This document shows, in pieces, positions 51,331 to 61,603 of a stretch of 64,000 nucleotides of DNA; the first letter of the stretch is position 1, and the number at the start of each line of letters is the position of its first letter. Under the pieces are notes generated by a model. That model saw only the letters and a list, made by a program, of their open reading frames with translations. It made no database searches and was not told where the DNA came from. Where the stretch lies: assembly GCA_033851055.1 (NCBI GenBank), contig JAWWPC010000076.1, positions 21,239 to 85,238 on the forward strand. Direction: 5' to 3'. Origin of the DNA: Kribbellaceae bacterium (lineage in GTDB: Bacteria; Actinomycetota; Actinomycetes; Propionibacteriales; Kribbellaceae). A program made the translations under genes and the position numbers.

Positions 51331-52455
51331 TCAGTTCAGCGCGCCGGCGATCTTGTTGTACGTCGTGTAGTCGCCGAAGGTGTTGCGGTTTTTGGTCACC
51401 GCGAGCGCTAGGCCAGTGCCCGAGTCAGCGTAGGCGGCGGTACCTCCACTGCCGGGCATGCCGAACAGGTCCTCGCTGTCCAGCGGTCCACCGAAACCAC
51501 CGAGCGCGAACCCGAGCCCACGCCGGACCGGCATACCGAAGACGGCGTCGATGCCACCGGCGCACTCGGTGGTGATCTCCCGGACCCGCTCGGGCGAGGC
51601 CAGCCGGACACCTTCGGTCTCGTGCAGCAATGCGCCGTACATCTTCGCCAGCGCCCGCGCAGTCGCGGTACAACCCGCCGGAATGTCTGTCTGCGCGAGG
51701 TCCGTGCGGTTGCCATAGGCTGCGTCCGGCATAGTGGCAGGCGGTGCCCACACCCAGCCGTCGTGATCGTCCTCGGGAATCGAGGCGGCATCCCCCTCCG
51801 CAGATTCCTCGGAAAATGCCGACGGGTCGAACGGCGCATCCTCCAGGACAGCAAGCCGCGACAGCTCTGCAGCCGGTACGCCGAAGAACAACTCCCGGCC
51901 GATCCCGAGCGGCCCGGCCACCTCGTCCAGCAGCACCTCGGAGATCCGCTTGCCGGTGGCCCGGCGGACGATCTCGCCGGTGATCCAGCCGAACGTCACC
52001 GCGTGGTAGCCGCTCCGCGTGCCCGGCTCCCACCAAGGCTTGGCTCCGGCGATCAGCGCGCACATCCCGTCCCAGTCGAGGTAGGCATCCGGCATCAGTT
52101 CCGCCGGCAACCCCGGCGTACCGACTGAGTGCGTCAGCGCGTCCCGCACTGTGGCCTTGTCCTTGCCGTGGGCACCGAACTCTGGCCAGAGCTCCGCGAT
52201 CCGGGTGTCGTAGCTGATGGCGCCACGCTCAGCCAGTACGGCGAACACCGTGGCGACCACGCCTTTGCCGGTCGAAGTGACGAACACCGGGGTGTCCGAG
52301 GTCATTACCCGGCCGGTCCCGGGATCCGCGACCCCGGCGACGACGTCGACGAGCAGCTCGCCGTTGCGGCAGACCGCCGCCTGCACGCCACGCTCGGCGC
52401 CGGAGTCGACCAGTTCGTCGACAACGGCCTGGACCTGCTTCTGGAGATCGGTCAT
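51331..52455 (-). CDS. Serine hydrolase (beta-lactamase-like esterase, family VIII)
   Basis: STGK (SxxK), WPEFGAHGK, PWWEPG..SGYH. Confidence 0.9.
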   Translation of the reverse strand: MTDLQKQVQAVVDELVDSGAERGVQAAVCRNGELLVDVVAGVADPGTGRVMTSDTPVFVTSTGKGVVATVFAVLAERGAISYDTRIAELWPEFGAHGKDKATVRDALTHSVGTPGLPAELMPDAYLDWDGMCALIAGAKPWWEPGTRSGYHAVTFGWITGEIVRRATGKRISEVLLDEVAGPLGIGRELFFGVPAAELSRLAVLEDAPFDPSAFSEESAEGDAASIPEDDHDGWVWAPPATMPDAAYGNRTDLAQTDIPAGCTATARALAKMYGALLHETEGVRLASPERVREITTECAGGIDAVFGMPVRRGLGFALGGFGGPLDSEDLFGMPGSGGTAAYADSGTGLALAVTKNRNTFGDYTTYNKIAGALN

Positions 52456-53400
52456 GATCCCTCACCGAGGCGATCGATGCTCTGGGACCAGCCGGCCTCG
52501 GCGTTGCGGTGCCCCTCATCGGTATTGTGCGCGGACTGGTGGAACGTCATCTCGGTCTTGTCGCCGCGGTCGGCGAAGGTGATGGTCGCGATCCCCGCAC
52601 CGGCCTGCGGCAACGGGTTCTCGGTGTCACCCCAGCTGAAGGAGAACCGCTCGGGCGGCTCCAACTCCTTGATCTCCATCTCGACCGCGTACTCGGCGCC
52701 GTCGGAGTCCTGCACCATGGTCAGCTCGAACCGGCCACCCGGCCGCAGGTCGATGCTGATCGACTCTAGTGGGGTGGTGAAGCCGCGCGGGCCCCACCAC
52801 TTCGTCAGGTGCTCGGGCCGGGTCCAGGCCTGGAACACCAAGTCCCTCTGCGCCTCGAAGTCGGACCTGGTCCGCTCGGGCAAGGTCCGCGCGATCGGCT
52901 CCTCGTTGTTCCCGCCTGAGCAGATCGTCGAGGCCCAGTGGGTCGCGGAGCGCCGCGGACACCAGCGGTTCCGCACGGAGCAGTCGCGCTGCGGGCAGCG
53001 AAGAGGCTGGCGCATCCCGTACTTGCCGAGCACCGCGCAGCGCAGCTGGTGATCGGCCGCGGCGACGTATGGCAGCCCGAACCGTGTCCCCATCGAGAAG
53101 CCTATGTAGGCGATGCGGTTGGCATCGATGGCGTCGAGCTTGGCGAGGGCGTCGAGGGTTGCGCACCAGTCGTCGACCATGCCGTCGGTGACCGTTTCGA
53201 TTCCGATGGCCGCGGTCTGTGCGATGCCGGCGAACCACCGGCCCAGACGCAGTTGGCGATCCGCTCGTTTGTGGCCACTGCCGCCGTGCTCCATGAGGAC
53301 GAGTGGAAGCGGTCGCTCGGGTCGCGGGGGCAACCACACGATGCCCGGGACGACGCCCGCGGCCGGTTGCTGGTCAGCGGGCTCGCCGAACTTCCGGTGA
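52452..53400 (-). pseudogene. Mosaic of a 5'-truncated SRPBCC/Aha1 gene, an inverted aldo/keto reductase fragment and an alpha/beta-hydrolase fragment
   Basis: SRPBCC LVFQAWT.PEHL.KWWGP (-); AKR SDLVRSGKVRAIGSS...EAQWVAERRG..RFRTEQ (+, 52861-52986); hydrolase GFSMG (-). Confidence 0.75.
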
Positions 53401-53420
53401 ACCTCGACTGACCAGCCTCA

Positions 53421-55139
53421 TCACCTCTGCGGCCGCTGCGATCCGACCAGGGTGCGGTCGGTGTGCTCCTCGTCGTACCGCTTGATGAGTGCCGCGGCGT
53501 AGCTCTCGGTCGACGCGATCGCGGACGCGAGGGTCGCGCTGTCCCGCTTCCGGTCGGCCGGCCAGTCCGACAGCAAGGCCCAGGCGCGCATCTTCTTCTT
53601 GTCGGTGTCCATCGGGTCCGTCGACTCTCTGGCGCTTCCCCGGACTACCGTCGGCTCTGCCGGGCGGGCTGGCTTCGCGGCCGGCCGGTTGGTGCTGGCT
53701 GCCGGCCGGGTGCGCGAGGCAACTTCCCGGGCGATGACGACGGGCTCTTCCGGCTTCACCGGCTCGACCGCGGTCACGGTGACCGGAGCCTCCTTCACCG
53801 GCTCGGGCTCGGCGATGACAACCGCAGGCTGTGCGACGGGCTTCACCGCAGGCCGACGTACTACAGGCTTCACCGCGGGCCTCGACGCAGGCTTCGCTGC
53901 CGGCTGCTGCACCACAGGCTTGGTTGCTGGCTGCTGCGCTGCAGGCTTCGCTGCCGGCTGCTGCACCGCAGGCTTCACCGGAGCTGGCGCCGGAGCAGCA
54001 GCCCTCACTGGCACAACAGGAGCCTGCACCGGGACAACTGGTTCATGCACCGGAATCTCGGCGACAGGTTCGTCGTCCTCGATCTCGACCACTACGTCCC
54101 CGTCCTCGCTGGACCGGTCGTACGGCAGGTACTCGGCTTGGGTGAGCTCGCCGCCCATCGTCTCCGACCAGCGGTCGTCGGCGCCACGCAACGGCACACC
54201 ACTATCCGCCTGGGTGAGTTGTCCGGCCGGCGGCGTCGTACCCTCGACCACCCAGACGGCGGCCCGCAGATCCGACCGTTCTTCTTCACGGGGTTCCGGC
54301 GGCGGCGAGATCGCCCGTGTCAACCTGGCCGTCACAACCTCGTAGTTGATCCGTTCTTCGAGCATCCCGGCCAGCCTGTCCGGGTCGTACGTCGTCTCGG
54401 CGATCTTGGCGAGCCGTTCGTCCTGGTGCTCCGACCGGATGTACTCGGCAACGGTCCCGGCGATGGCGACGCGGCGAGCCGTGTTCCGCATCTGCTCCCG
54501 GGCCTGCCGCAGGCTCTCGTACAGGCCGTAGCCGTGTTCGAGTGCGAGCGACCGGGCCAGCCAGGTCACCTTCGGCTCGCGAGCCCACTGGACCACGCCG
54601 TAGACCGGACCGGTCGTCGCCATCTGCCCGGAATTCCGCAGAACGTCGCGGCGACGGGCCGAGCTGTGGATCAGCCACAGCACATAGGCGAACGCCGACA
54701 GACCACCGAAGCCGAAGGCAAGGAACCGCTCCTCCGGCCGCCAGTGTCCGACGACGTTGAAGACGAGCGCCACCAGCGCCGCGAAGAGCGACATCGCCCG
54801 GTAGGCGTAGGCCTGCTCCCCCTTCCGGCGGCGCAGGTCGGCGAGCGCGGCGGTGGCGACACCACCGAGTTCGATCACCGCCACCGCGGGCGTGACCACG
54901 GCGACCCGCAGCGCGATCGGGAAACCCTCTGCCGGCCAGGGAATGTGAGTGACGCCGGCCCAGACCTGACCGACGAGTGCGGCCGTGGCCGCGGTTGCGT
55001 AGAAGGCGTATGCGACCTTGTCCGCACCTGTGAGGGGTACGTTGACGAGCTCGCCAGAACTAGTGCTGGTGGTGTTTTCCTGCAAGACGTGGTCTCCTGA
55101 CCGGTTCGGGCTATCCGGCAGTTCGTCGGTCGTGATCAA
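53421..55139 (-). CDS. Membrane protein (about 4 TM) with Pro/Ala/Lys/Gln repeat linker and possible C-terminal HTH; Spd/DUF2637-like
   Basis: GGGGAGG SD 7 nt before TTG; hydrophobic N-terminus; repeated (A/V)xQQPAxKP units. Confidence 0.65.
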   Translation of the reverse strand: MITTDELPDSPNRSGDHVLQENTTSTSSGELVNVPLTGADKVAYAFYATAATAALVGQVWAGVTHIPWPAEGFPIALRVAVVTPAVAVIELGGVATAALADLRRRKGEQAYAYRAMSLFAALVALVFNVVGHWRPEERFLAFGFGGLSAFAYVLWLIHSSARRRDVLRNSGQMATTGPVYGVVQWAREPKVTWLARSLALEHGYGLYESLRQAREQMRNTARRVAIAGTVAEYIRSEHQDERLAKIAETTYDPDRLAGMLEERINYEVVTARLTRAISPPPEPREEERSDLRAAVWVVEGTTPPAGQLTQADSGVPLRGADDRWSETMGGELTQAEYLPYDRSSEDGDVVVEIEDDEPVAEIPVHEPVVPVQAPVVPVRAAAPAPAPVKPAVQQPAAKPAAQQPATKPVVQQPAAKPASRPAVKPVVRRPAVKPVAQPAVVIAEPEPVKEAPVTVTAVEPVKPEEPVVIAREVASRTRPAASTNRPAAKPARPAEPTVVRGSARESTDPMDTDKKKMRAWALLSDWPADRKRDSATLASAIASTESYAAALIKRYDEEHTDRTLVGSQRPQR

Positions 55140-55301
55140 ATTGCTGCCTCCCCAGGTAGCGGGTTGAGGCTACCGGTTAACCGGCCCTTCGCGGGAGGGA
55201 ATCCTCAGAAGTGATCACTGTGCGTTTCCTTCCTCCCCCACCGATGCCTCGTTCACACATTGCGAACGACATTTTCCGGGCGCACTCGTAAGGTCGGGCG
55301 A

Positions 55302-56237
55302 GTGATCCCGACCCTTCGATCGTTGCCGGTACCACAGGCACTCCGCGCGCATCTTCAGCACGCCTACGGCCTCGAGATCACCGGCTGCACGCTGCTTCGC
55401 TCACTCGTCAACGACGTCTACGAGATCGGTACGCCGAAGCGCCGGATGCTACTCAAGCTCTACCGCGCCGGCAACTGGTCGATCGACGAAGTGAGCTGGG
55501 AGGTCGAACTCGCGGCCCACCTGGCAGCCGGCGGCGTACCGGTGCCGCAGGTACAACCTCTTGCCGACGGCAAGCTCGTCGGCACGCTCGACTCGGCTGA
55601 AGGGGTCCGGCCGTTCACGCTGGCGGAGTTCATCGAGGGCGACAAACCGCGACCGCCGTTCGATGACAACCTCTATGGCACTTTCGGACGGTTGGTTGCC
55701 GCCTTCCACGACGCCGCTGACAGCTTCAGTTCCAAGTGCAGCCGGCGACCGTCGGACCTACGGTACTGGCTCGACGATCCGCTCGCGGTGATCCTCCCGA
55801 TTCTCACGGGCGACGACCGTGTCCTCGTCAGCGAACTCGCCGCGGCCGCCGGCGTCCACCTCACCCAGTACGCCGCGCAAGGTCTCGGCTGGGGTGTCTG
55901 CCATGGAGATGTCAGCCTGGACAACATCCTGGTGACCGGCGACGGCTTGAGCATCCACGACTTCGACCTGGCTGCTGAGGGGTGGCGTGCGGCCGATCTC
56001 ACCGGGGTTGCCTCGACATCATTCTGGGATGCGTTCGCCGGCGGCTACACAAGCAGGAGGGCCTTGTCCGAGGTGGATGTGGCGGCGATCGGTTGGTTCG
56101 ATGTGGTCGGCCGGATCTTCAACCTGCGCTTCCACTTGTACGACAAGCCGCTGATCCGCGGCACCGAGTCAGTGGGAGAAGGCTGGGCGGACAGAGAGCT
56201 CGCCGGCCTCCGGAGGGCGGCCGGCGAACTTCTCTGA
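55302..56237 (+). CDS. APH/homoserine kinase type II-like phosphotransferase
   Basis: LKLYR, CHGDVSLDN (Brenner motif), DFD. Confidence 0.88.
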   Translation: MIPTLRSLPVPQALRAHLQHAYGLEITGCTLLRSLVNDVYEIGTPKRRMLLKLYRAGNWSIDEVSWEVELAAHLAAGGVPVPQVQPLADGKLVGTLDSAEGVRPFTLAEFIEGDKPRPPFDDNLYGTFGRLVAAFHDAADSFSSKCSRRPSDLRYWLDDPLAVILPILTGDDRVLVSELAAAAGVHLTQYAAQGLGWGVCHGDVSLDNILVTGDGLSIHDFDLAAEGWRAADLTGVASTSFWDAFAGGYTSRRALSEVDVAAIGWFDVVGRIFNLRFHLYDKPLIRGTESVGEGWADRELAGLRRAAGELL

Positions 56238-56241
56238 TGCG

Positions 56242-57168
56242 TCAGGCAACTGGTTCGGCCGCGGCGAGGATCTTCTGCCCCTGCTCGGCGAGCTGCGCCG
56301 CACGGTTGTCGTCGGAGCCACCGTCCGCCACCAGTACGGCGTACCGGAAGCGCAGGGTCTCCTGCGGCGCGAAAGCGAGCTCCTCGCTGAAGAACGGCGC
56401 CGGGCAGACGGCGGCGAAGTCCTCCGAGCGGACGAACCACTCCGGCGGGTGACGCGGGTTGTCGCTGTCGTCGACGAAGACCAGGCTGGATCCGCGGCCT
56501 TCCTCGTCGTGCTTGCCGGAGAAGCCCATCCAGGCGGCTCGTTGACCGCGCAGTTCGTCGCCTCCGCTGCCCTGGGGTGCCAACACAGTTCCGCCGGTGA
56601 AGGACCGGGGTCCGCGCCAGAACAGGCCGCCGTACCCGGCGTTGGGCCGGCCGGCGGTGGTGGGACTGCCGATCTGGATCGTGGCTGCGGACACGTTCGT
56701 CATGGCCGTCTCGTAGACCAGCGCCCAGGCATCAGCGGTGAGCACGGTGCTGAGTGAGCGCTTCTCGGCCACGACGTGCGCACCTGCTTCGGTGTGCCAG
56801 GACAGGTGATGCACGAACCGGACCAGCTCGTCGGACACGTCGAGCTCCGCGATCCGGTCGTGGTCCATCGAGCCGTTGTTGTTGAGCTGCTCGTAGCCTC
56901 CTGCCAGCGAGAAGGTCGGGCCGCCCCAGAAGTTCTCGTGGCCGAAATGCGGCAGCGACCAGGTCATTCCCTTGTGCCACACGTGATCGTGCGGCCGGAA
57001 CACGGTGACCAGGTCGCCGCCGCGGGTCCGGATCGGGTGGACGTAGGGCCGCGGCGACTCCAGCTGGACGTCGGTCGGGCGGTAGACGTACCTGAACAGC
57101 TCGCTGTCACCTGCGGTGACCTGGATCGACCGGCCGACAGCGTGGTTGCAGCTAAGGGCTTCCGTCAT
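56242..57168 (-). CDS. DUF6807/'PmoA-family' sugar-catabolism-associated protein (not a methane monooxygenase)
   Basis: PRPYVHP.RT, PHDHVWH.G, NFWGG, GYGGLFWR, WFVR. Confidence 0.8.
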   Translation of the reverse strand: MTEALSCNHAVGRSIQVTAGDSELFRYVYRPTDVQLESPRPYVHPIRTRGGDLVTVFRPHDHVWHKGMTWSLPHFGHENFWGGPTFSLAGGYEQLNNNGSMDHDRIAELDVSDELVRFVHHLSWHTEAGAHVVAEKRSLSTVLTADAWALVYETAMTNVSAATIQIGSPTTAGRPNAGYGGLFWRGPRSFTGGTVLAPQGSGGDELRGQRAAWMGFSGKHDEEGRGSSLVFVDDSDNPRHPPEWFVRSEDFAAVCPAPFFSEELAFAPQETLRFRYAVLVADGGSDDNRAAQLAEQGQKILAAAEPVA

Positions 57169-58348
57169 TTGTCAATCTCCGTTTCTCCTGGTCTGGCGTG
57201 TCTGTGGCGTGTCTGTGGCCTGTCCATGGGGCGCCGAGTTCGCTGAACAAGGCAAGGTCCTCCGCGGCCTGCGCGACCCAGTTCTCCACCTCGAGTACAA
57301 CTGGGTGACGCTGTGCGCCGTCTCCCTGCCAGCGGACCAGGTCGGCGCCGATCTCCCCCGGCGGTGACAATCGCACCGCCTCGAGAACCCGGGTGAACCC
57401 GCCCGTCGCGGACAGCGGTGCGAGTAGCGGCACCCCCGGATCGGCTCGGTGCTCGAGCAGGTTCTCCAGCAGGTCGTCGCGTACCGGCTCGATCCGGGTC
57501 GGCTGGCCGTCGATCTCCAACTGGTCCGTGGTGTACCGGAGGACAGCCCGGCCGGCGGATCCGTGCACGATGATGCTGGGCTCGACACCAGCCTCCTCCG
57601 CGCAGAGTGTCAGGGCCGCGAGCACCGTCGTACCGCGGGTGGTGCGGACCCGGACGGTGGAAGTGTCGTCAGCTTCGATCGGATTGGCCCGGTACAGGTC
57701 GGTCTCGACGGACTGCACCTGGTCCGCGCCGCCCGAACCGTCCACCAGCAACGCGGTCGCGACGGAGTGGGCGAAGGCATTGGTGACCGCACCATCCACC
57801 ACGGCGACCCCGTCGAGGGTTCGGCGGCCGGCCCACCGCGCCCGCCGCCAGTACGCCTGGGTGCGGACCCACGCGCCGGCCGCGCCGATCCCCCGGAGCT
57901 CGCCCAGCGTGCCGTCGGCAACCATTCCCGCCAGGGCGCGCGCCGCTCGGGATCCGTGCACCTGGAATCCGATCTGACAGCTGCGGCCGGTCTCCGCAAC
58001 CACCGCCGACAGGTGCTCGAACTCGGCCAGCGAAGGTGTCGGCGGCTTCTCCAGCAGTACGTCGGCGCCAGCTCTCAGCGCCAACTCGGCCAACGGGACG
58101 TGCGTGTGGATCGGTGTGCAGATCACCACGGCATCGACAGTTGTCGCGGCCAACAGGGTCGACAGATCCGGGTACGCCGCCACTCCGACAGGAAGGGCAC
58201 CCGGCTCTGGATCTTGCGGATCGGCGACAGCGACGAACCGGACTCGCCCAGCCTCAGCCAATCGGGTGACGCGCCGCACGTGCGACGCACCGTGCCCGTG
58301 TATGCCGACCACAGCCACCCGGGGGCGGGCCACCAATCCGCTCACCAA
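57152..58348 (-). CDS. Gfo/Idh/MocA-family oxidoreductase
   Basis: VVGIHGHG, ICTPIHTH, LEKPP. Confidence 0.92.
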   Translation of the reverse strand: MVSGLVARPRVAVVGIHGHGASHVRRVTRLAEAGRVRFVAVADPQDPEPGALPVGVAAYPDLSTLLAATTVDAVVICTPIHTHVPLAELALRAGADVLLEKPPTPSLAEFEHLSAVVAETGRSCQIGFQVHGSRAARALAGMVADGTLGELRGIGAAGAWVRTQAYWRRARWAGRRTLDGVAVVDGAVTNAFAHSVATALLVDGSGGADQVQSVETDLYRANPIEADDTSTVRVRTTRGTTVLAALTLCAEEAGVEPSIIVHGSAGRAVLRYTTDQLEIDGQPTRIEPVRDDLLENLLEHRADPGVPLLAPLSATGGFTRVLEAVRLSPPGEIGADLVRWQGDGAQRHPVVLEVENWVAQAAEDLALFSELGAPWTGHRHATDTPDQEKRRLTNDGSP

Positions 58349-58388
58349 CCGTTCGTTGCCATGGACGGCTTCTCAAAGATCGGCTGCC

Positions 58389-59714
58389 TCATTTGTTCAG
58401 CTCTCCCTGCACCTCGTCTGTGAACTGCTTCGCCGCCTGGTCGGGCTTCAGCCGGCCGAACAGCACCTCGGTGGTGTACCGCTGGATGATCTTCTCGACC
58501 TGGCCACCGCCGACCGGAGGAGCCGGGGACGGGTCGCCGAGTTCCTTGGCTATCGTCTGGATGAAAGCCTGCGATGCGGCGTCGGCCGGTTGCAGCTTGG
58601 CGGCAACAGCCTTGCGGATCTCGGTGTTCGGCGGCACACCCCGCTCGGCCAGCAGGATCCCACCAGCCTCCGGGCTGTTCGCCAGATAGCTGACGAACTC
58701 GGCCGCCTCCTTCTGGTGCTTCGTCCGCGAAGAGATCGACCAGAACATCGAGCCCTTGTAGTAGGCGCCGTTCTCGCTCGCCCTGCCGGTGACGCTCGGC
58801 AACCGCAGCAGCTTCAACTGCTGGCCGGACGCCTTGCTGAGCGCGTTCAACTGGTTGCTCCAGGCATAGGACATGGCAAGCTTCCCGGTCGCCATCCCCG
58901 ACTGGTCCAGCGGGGCGCTCATGTCCTGCGAAGTGAACTCGGCGGGCGGTGTCGCCCCGGCCTCTTGCATCTTCAGCAGGTTGGTCCAGAACTCGACAGT
59001 ACCCTCAGGGGTTATGCCCAGCTTGCCGTCCTGGGTGAACAGCGACTGGCCGTGCTGCCGGGCCCACATATTCAAGCTGGCCTCGTTCGACCCGTAGGCG
59101 CCGGTGCCGAAGGCTTTGCCGCCCGACTTCTGGGTGATCTCCTGGGCGATCTTGCTGTACTCGTCCCAGGTCCACTTGGTGTCGTCCGGCAGCGGTACCC
59201 CGGCCGCCTTGAAGACGGCCGGGTTCGCCACGATCGTGTAGGCGTTGATCCCGGCATTCAGCCCGTAAAGGCCGCTGTTGAACTCGCCGGCGGCGAGGGT
59301 GGACGGCTCGAACTTGCTGGTGTCCAGACCGTCGGCCTTCTTCAGATCGAGCAGGGCGCCGCGGTCGGCGTACTCGCGGAGGTATTTCTCGTCCATCTGG
59401 ATGACGTCGGGCGCGTCATTGGCGGCGACGGTGGTGGCGAGCTTGTCCCAGTACCCGGACCACTCGCCGAACTCACCCTTGATCTTGATGTTCGGGTGGT
59501 CCTTCTGGTACGCGTCGATCGCTTGCTGAGTGAGCTTGTGACGGGTGTCGGAACCCCACCAGGAGAACCGCAGGGTGACCTCGCCGTTCGCGGATCCGCC
59601 GGACGACGAGCCCCCACAGGCGCTGGCGGCCAGCAGTACGGAGGCCACCGCAACAGCGGCGAGGGCGCGCAGCCGCCGGCGCGGCGGTGCGGTGGGACGG
59701 GTGAGCGGCCTCAT
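58389..59714 (-). CDS. Carbohydrate ABC transporter solute-binding lipoprotein
   Basis: Lipobox ASAC, FSWWGS..R, YWDKL.T..A....PD, WTWDE. Confidence 0.93.
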   Translation of the reverse strand: MRPLTRPTAPPRRRLRALAAVAVASVLLAASACGGSSSGGSANGEVTLRFSWWGSDTRHKLTQQAIDAYQKDHPNIKIKGEFGEWSGYWDKLATTVAANDAPDVIQMDEKYLREYADRGALLDLKKADGLDTSKFEPSTLAAGEFNSGLYGLNAGINAYTIVANPAVFKAAGVPLPDDTKWTWDEYSKIAQEITQKSGGKAFGTGAYGSNEASLNMWARQHGQSLFTQDGKLGITPEGTVEFWTNLLKMQEAGATPPAEFTSQDMSAPLDQSGMATGKLAMSYAWSNQLNALSKASGQQLKLLRLPSVTGRASENGAYYKGSMFWSISSRTKHQKEAAEFVSYLANSPEAGGILLAERGVPPNTEIRKAVAAKLQPADAASQAFIQTIAKELGDPSPAPPVGGGQVEKIIQRYTTEVLFGRLKPDQAAKQFTDEVQGELNK

Positions 59715-59773
59715 GATTTGAACCTTTCAATCGGCAGGCGCCGGGAGCGTCTGGTGGGCAGCTGGACGACGGG

Positions 59774-60658
59774 CTACTTGATGCCGGTGGTGGCGATCCC
59801 CTTGATCAGGAACCGCTGGCCGAGGAGGAAGGCGAGAAAGACGGGTACCAGCGAGACGACCGACATCGCGAACAGCGAGCCCCAGGACGTGCTCGCGGTG
59901 GCATCGACGAAGGACCGCAGCGCCACCGGGACGGTGTACATCTTCGGGTCGGTGAGGTAGATCAACTGGCTGAAGAAGTCGTTCCAGGTCCAGATGAACG
60001 TGAAGATCGTGGTGGTTGCGAGCGCGGGCACCATCAGTGGCAGGATCACCCGCAGGAAAATCCCAGCCCGGCCGCAGCCGTCGATCCGGGCCGCCTCGTC
60101 CAGTTCGCGCGGGATGCCGCGGATGAACTGCACCATCAGGAACACGAAGAACGCGTCGGTGGCAAGCATCTTCGGCACGATCAGCGGTAGGAACGTGTTG
60201 ATCCAGCCGACCTGGGAGAACAGGATGTACTGCGGCACGATCACGACGTGGATCGGCAGCATGATCGTGACCAACATGATCGCGAACCAGAACTTCTTGC
60301 CGACGAACTCCAACCGGGCAAAGGCGTAAGCCGCCATCGAGCACGACACCAGGTTCCCCAGGATCGCGCCGAACACGACGGCAGCGGAGTTCAGCAGATA
60401 CCGGGTGAACGGCTCGCTCAGCGCGTTCCAGCCCACCGAGTAGTTCCGGATCTCCAGGTCCTTCACCAGCAGACCCGGGTCACGGAAGATCTCGTTGCCG
60501 GGCCGCAACGAGCTGACCACCATCCAGATCACCGGGTACAGCATCACCACGGCTGCGGCAGCCAGCGCCAGGTGGATCAGCGCGGGGCGCACCCGGGCCC
60601 AGCCAACCGTCCCGGTACGGCGGGCTGCCACCGGCCGGCGCATCGTCTCAGTCGTCAT
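59774..60658 (-). CDS. Carbohydrate ABC permease (MalG-like)
   Basis: IPRELDEAARIDG EAA loop; WNDF. Confidence 0.95.
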   Translation of the reverse strand: MTTETMRRPVAARRTGTVGWARVRPALIHLALAAAAVVMLYPVIWMVVSSLRPGNEIFRDPGLLVKDLEIRNYSVGWNALSEPFTRYLLNSAAVVFGAILGNLVSCSMAAYAFARLEFVGKKFWFAIMLVTIMLPIHVVIVPQYILFSQVGWINTFLPLIVPKMLATDAFFVFLMVQFIRGIPRELDEAARIDGCGRAGIFLRVILPLMVPALATTTIFTFIWTWNDFFSQLIYLTDPKMYTVPVALRSFVDATASTSWGSLFAMSVVSLVPVFLAFLLGQRFLIKGIATTGIK

Positions 60659-61571
60659 AGAACACCCAGTACTTCGAGGCGACGAAGTTCGCCGCGGTGA
60701 AGACTCCGATGATCACGAGCAAGAACCACGCCATCGCCGACGCGTACCCCATGTCGAAATTCCCGAAGCCACGATCGTAGAGATAGAGCGTGTAGAACAT
60801 GGTCGAGTCGGACGGGCCTCCGGTGCCGCCGGAGACCACGAACGCCTGGGTGAACGACTGGAACGCGTGGATGATCTGCAGCACCAGGTTGAAGAAGATG
60901 ATCGGCGTCAGCAGCGGCAGCGTGATACTTCGGAACCGCCGCAGCACCCCGGCCCCGTCCACCGACGCGGCCTCGTAGTACATCGCCGGGATCTGCCGCA
61001 GGCCGGCCAGGAAGATCACCATCGGCGCACCGAAGGTCCAGACGTTCAGCACCACCAGCGTGCCCAGCGCCGTACTCGGGTCGGAGATCCAGCCCTTGCC
61101 AGCGATGCCGAACGGCGCGAGCACCTGATTCAGCAGCCCTTCGGTACCGAACACCTGCTTCCACAGGATCGCGATAGCGACACTCGAACCGAGCAGCGAC
61201 GGCAGGTAGAAGACGGAACGGTAGAAGGCCATACCGCGCACCCCGCGGTCCAGCACCACCGCCAGCAGCAGCGCCAGCGCGAGTTGCAGCGGAACCGACA
61301 CCAGCACGTAGCTGAAGGTGACGCGCAGCGAGTTGTGCAACCGCTGGTCGGACAGCATCCGGACGAAGTTGTCCACTCCGATCCACTGCGGCGCCTGGAT
61401 CAGGTTGTAGTCCGTGAACGACAGATACAACGACGCGAGCATCGGCCCGACCGTGATCAGCAACAGCCCGAGCAGCCACGGCGTCAAGAACAAGTACGCC
61501 GCTAGATTGTCCTTCTTCTGCCCGGGCATCTTCTTCCGGCCGAGCGTGCTCAACTCTCCCAGCGCGCTCAT
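60648..61571 (-). CDS. Carbohydrate ABC permease (MalF-like)
   Basis: YYEAASVDGA loop; MGYASAMAW. Confidence 0.95.
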   Translation of the reverse strand: MSALGELSTLGRKKMPGQKKDNLAAYLFLTPWLLGLLLITVGPMLASLYLSFTDYNLIQAPQWIGVDNFVRMLSDQRLHNSLRVTFSYVLVSVPLQLALALLLAVVLDRGVRGMAFYRSVFYLPSLLGSSVAIAILWKQVFGTEGLLNQVLAPFGIAGKGWISDPSTALGTLVVLNVWTFGAPMVIFLAGLRQIPAMYYEAASVDGAGVLRRFRSITLPLLTPIIFFNLVLQIIHAFQSFTQAFVVSGGTGGPSDSTMFYTLYLYDRGFGNFDMGYASAMAWFLLVIIGVFTAANFVASKYWVFYDD

Positions 61572-61603
61572 ACTTTCTTCCTCCAGAAAGCTCCAACCGC
61601 AAC

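Noticed and set aside
56242-57168. 'PmoA' label suggesting methane oxidation
   Set aside because: Soluble protein in a sugar ABC/oxidoreductase operon; no pmoCAB or membrane helices.
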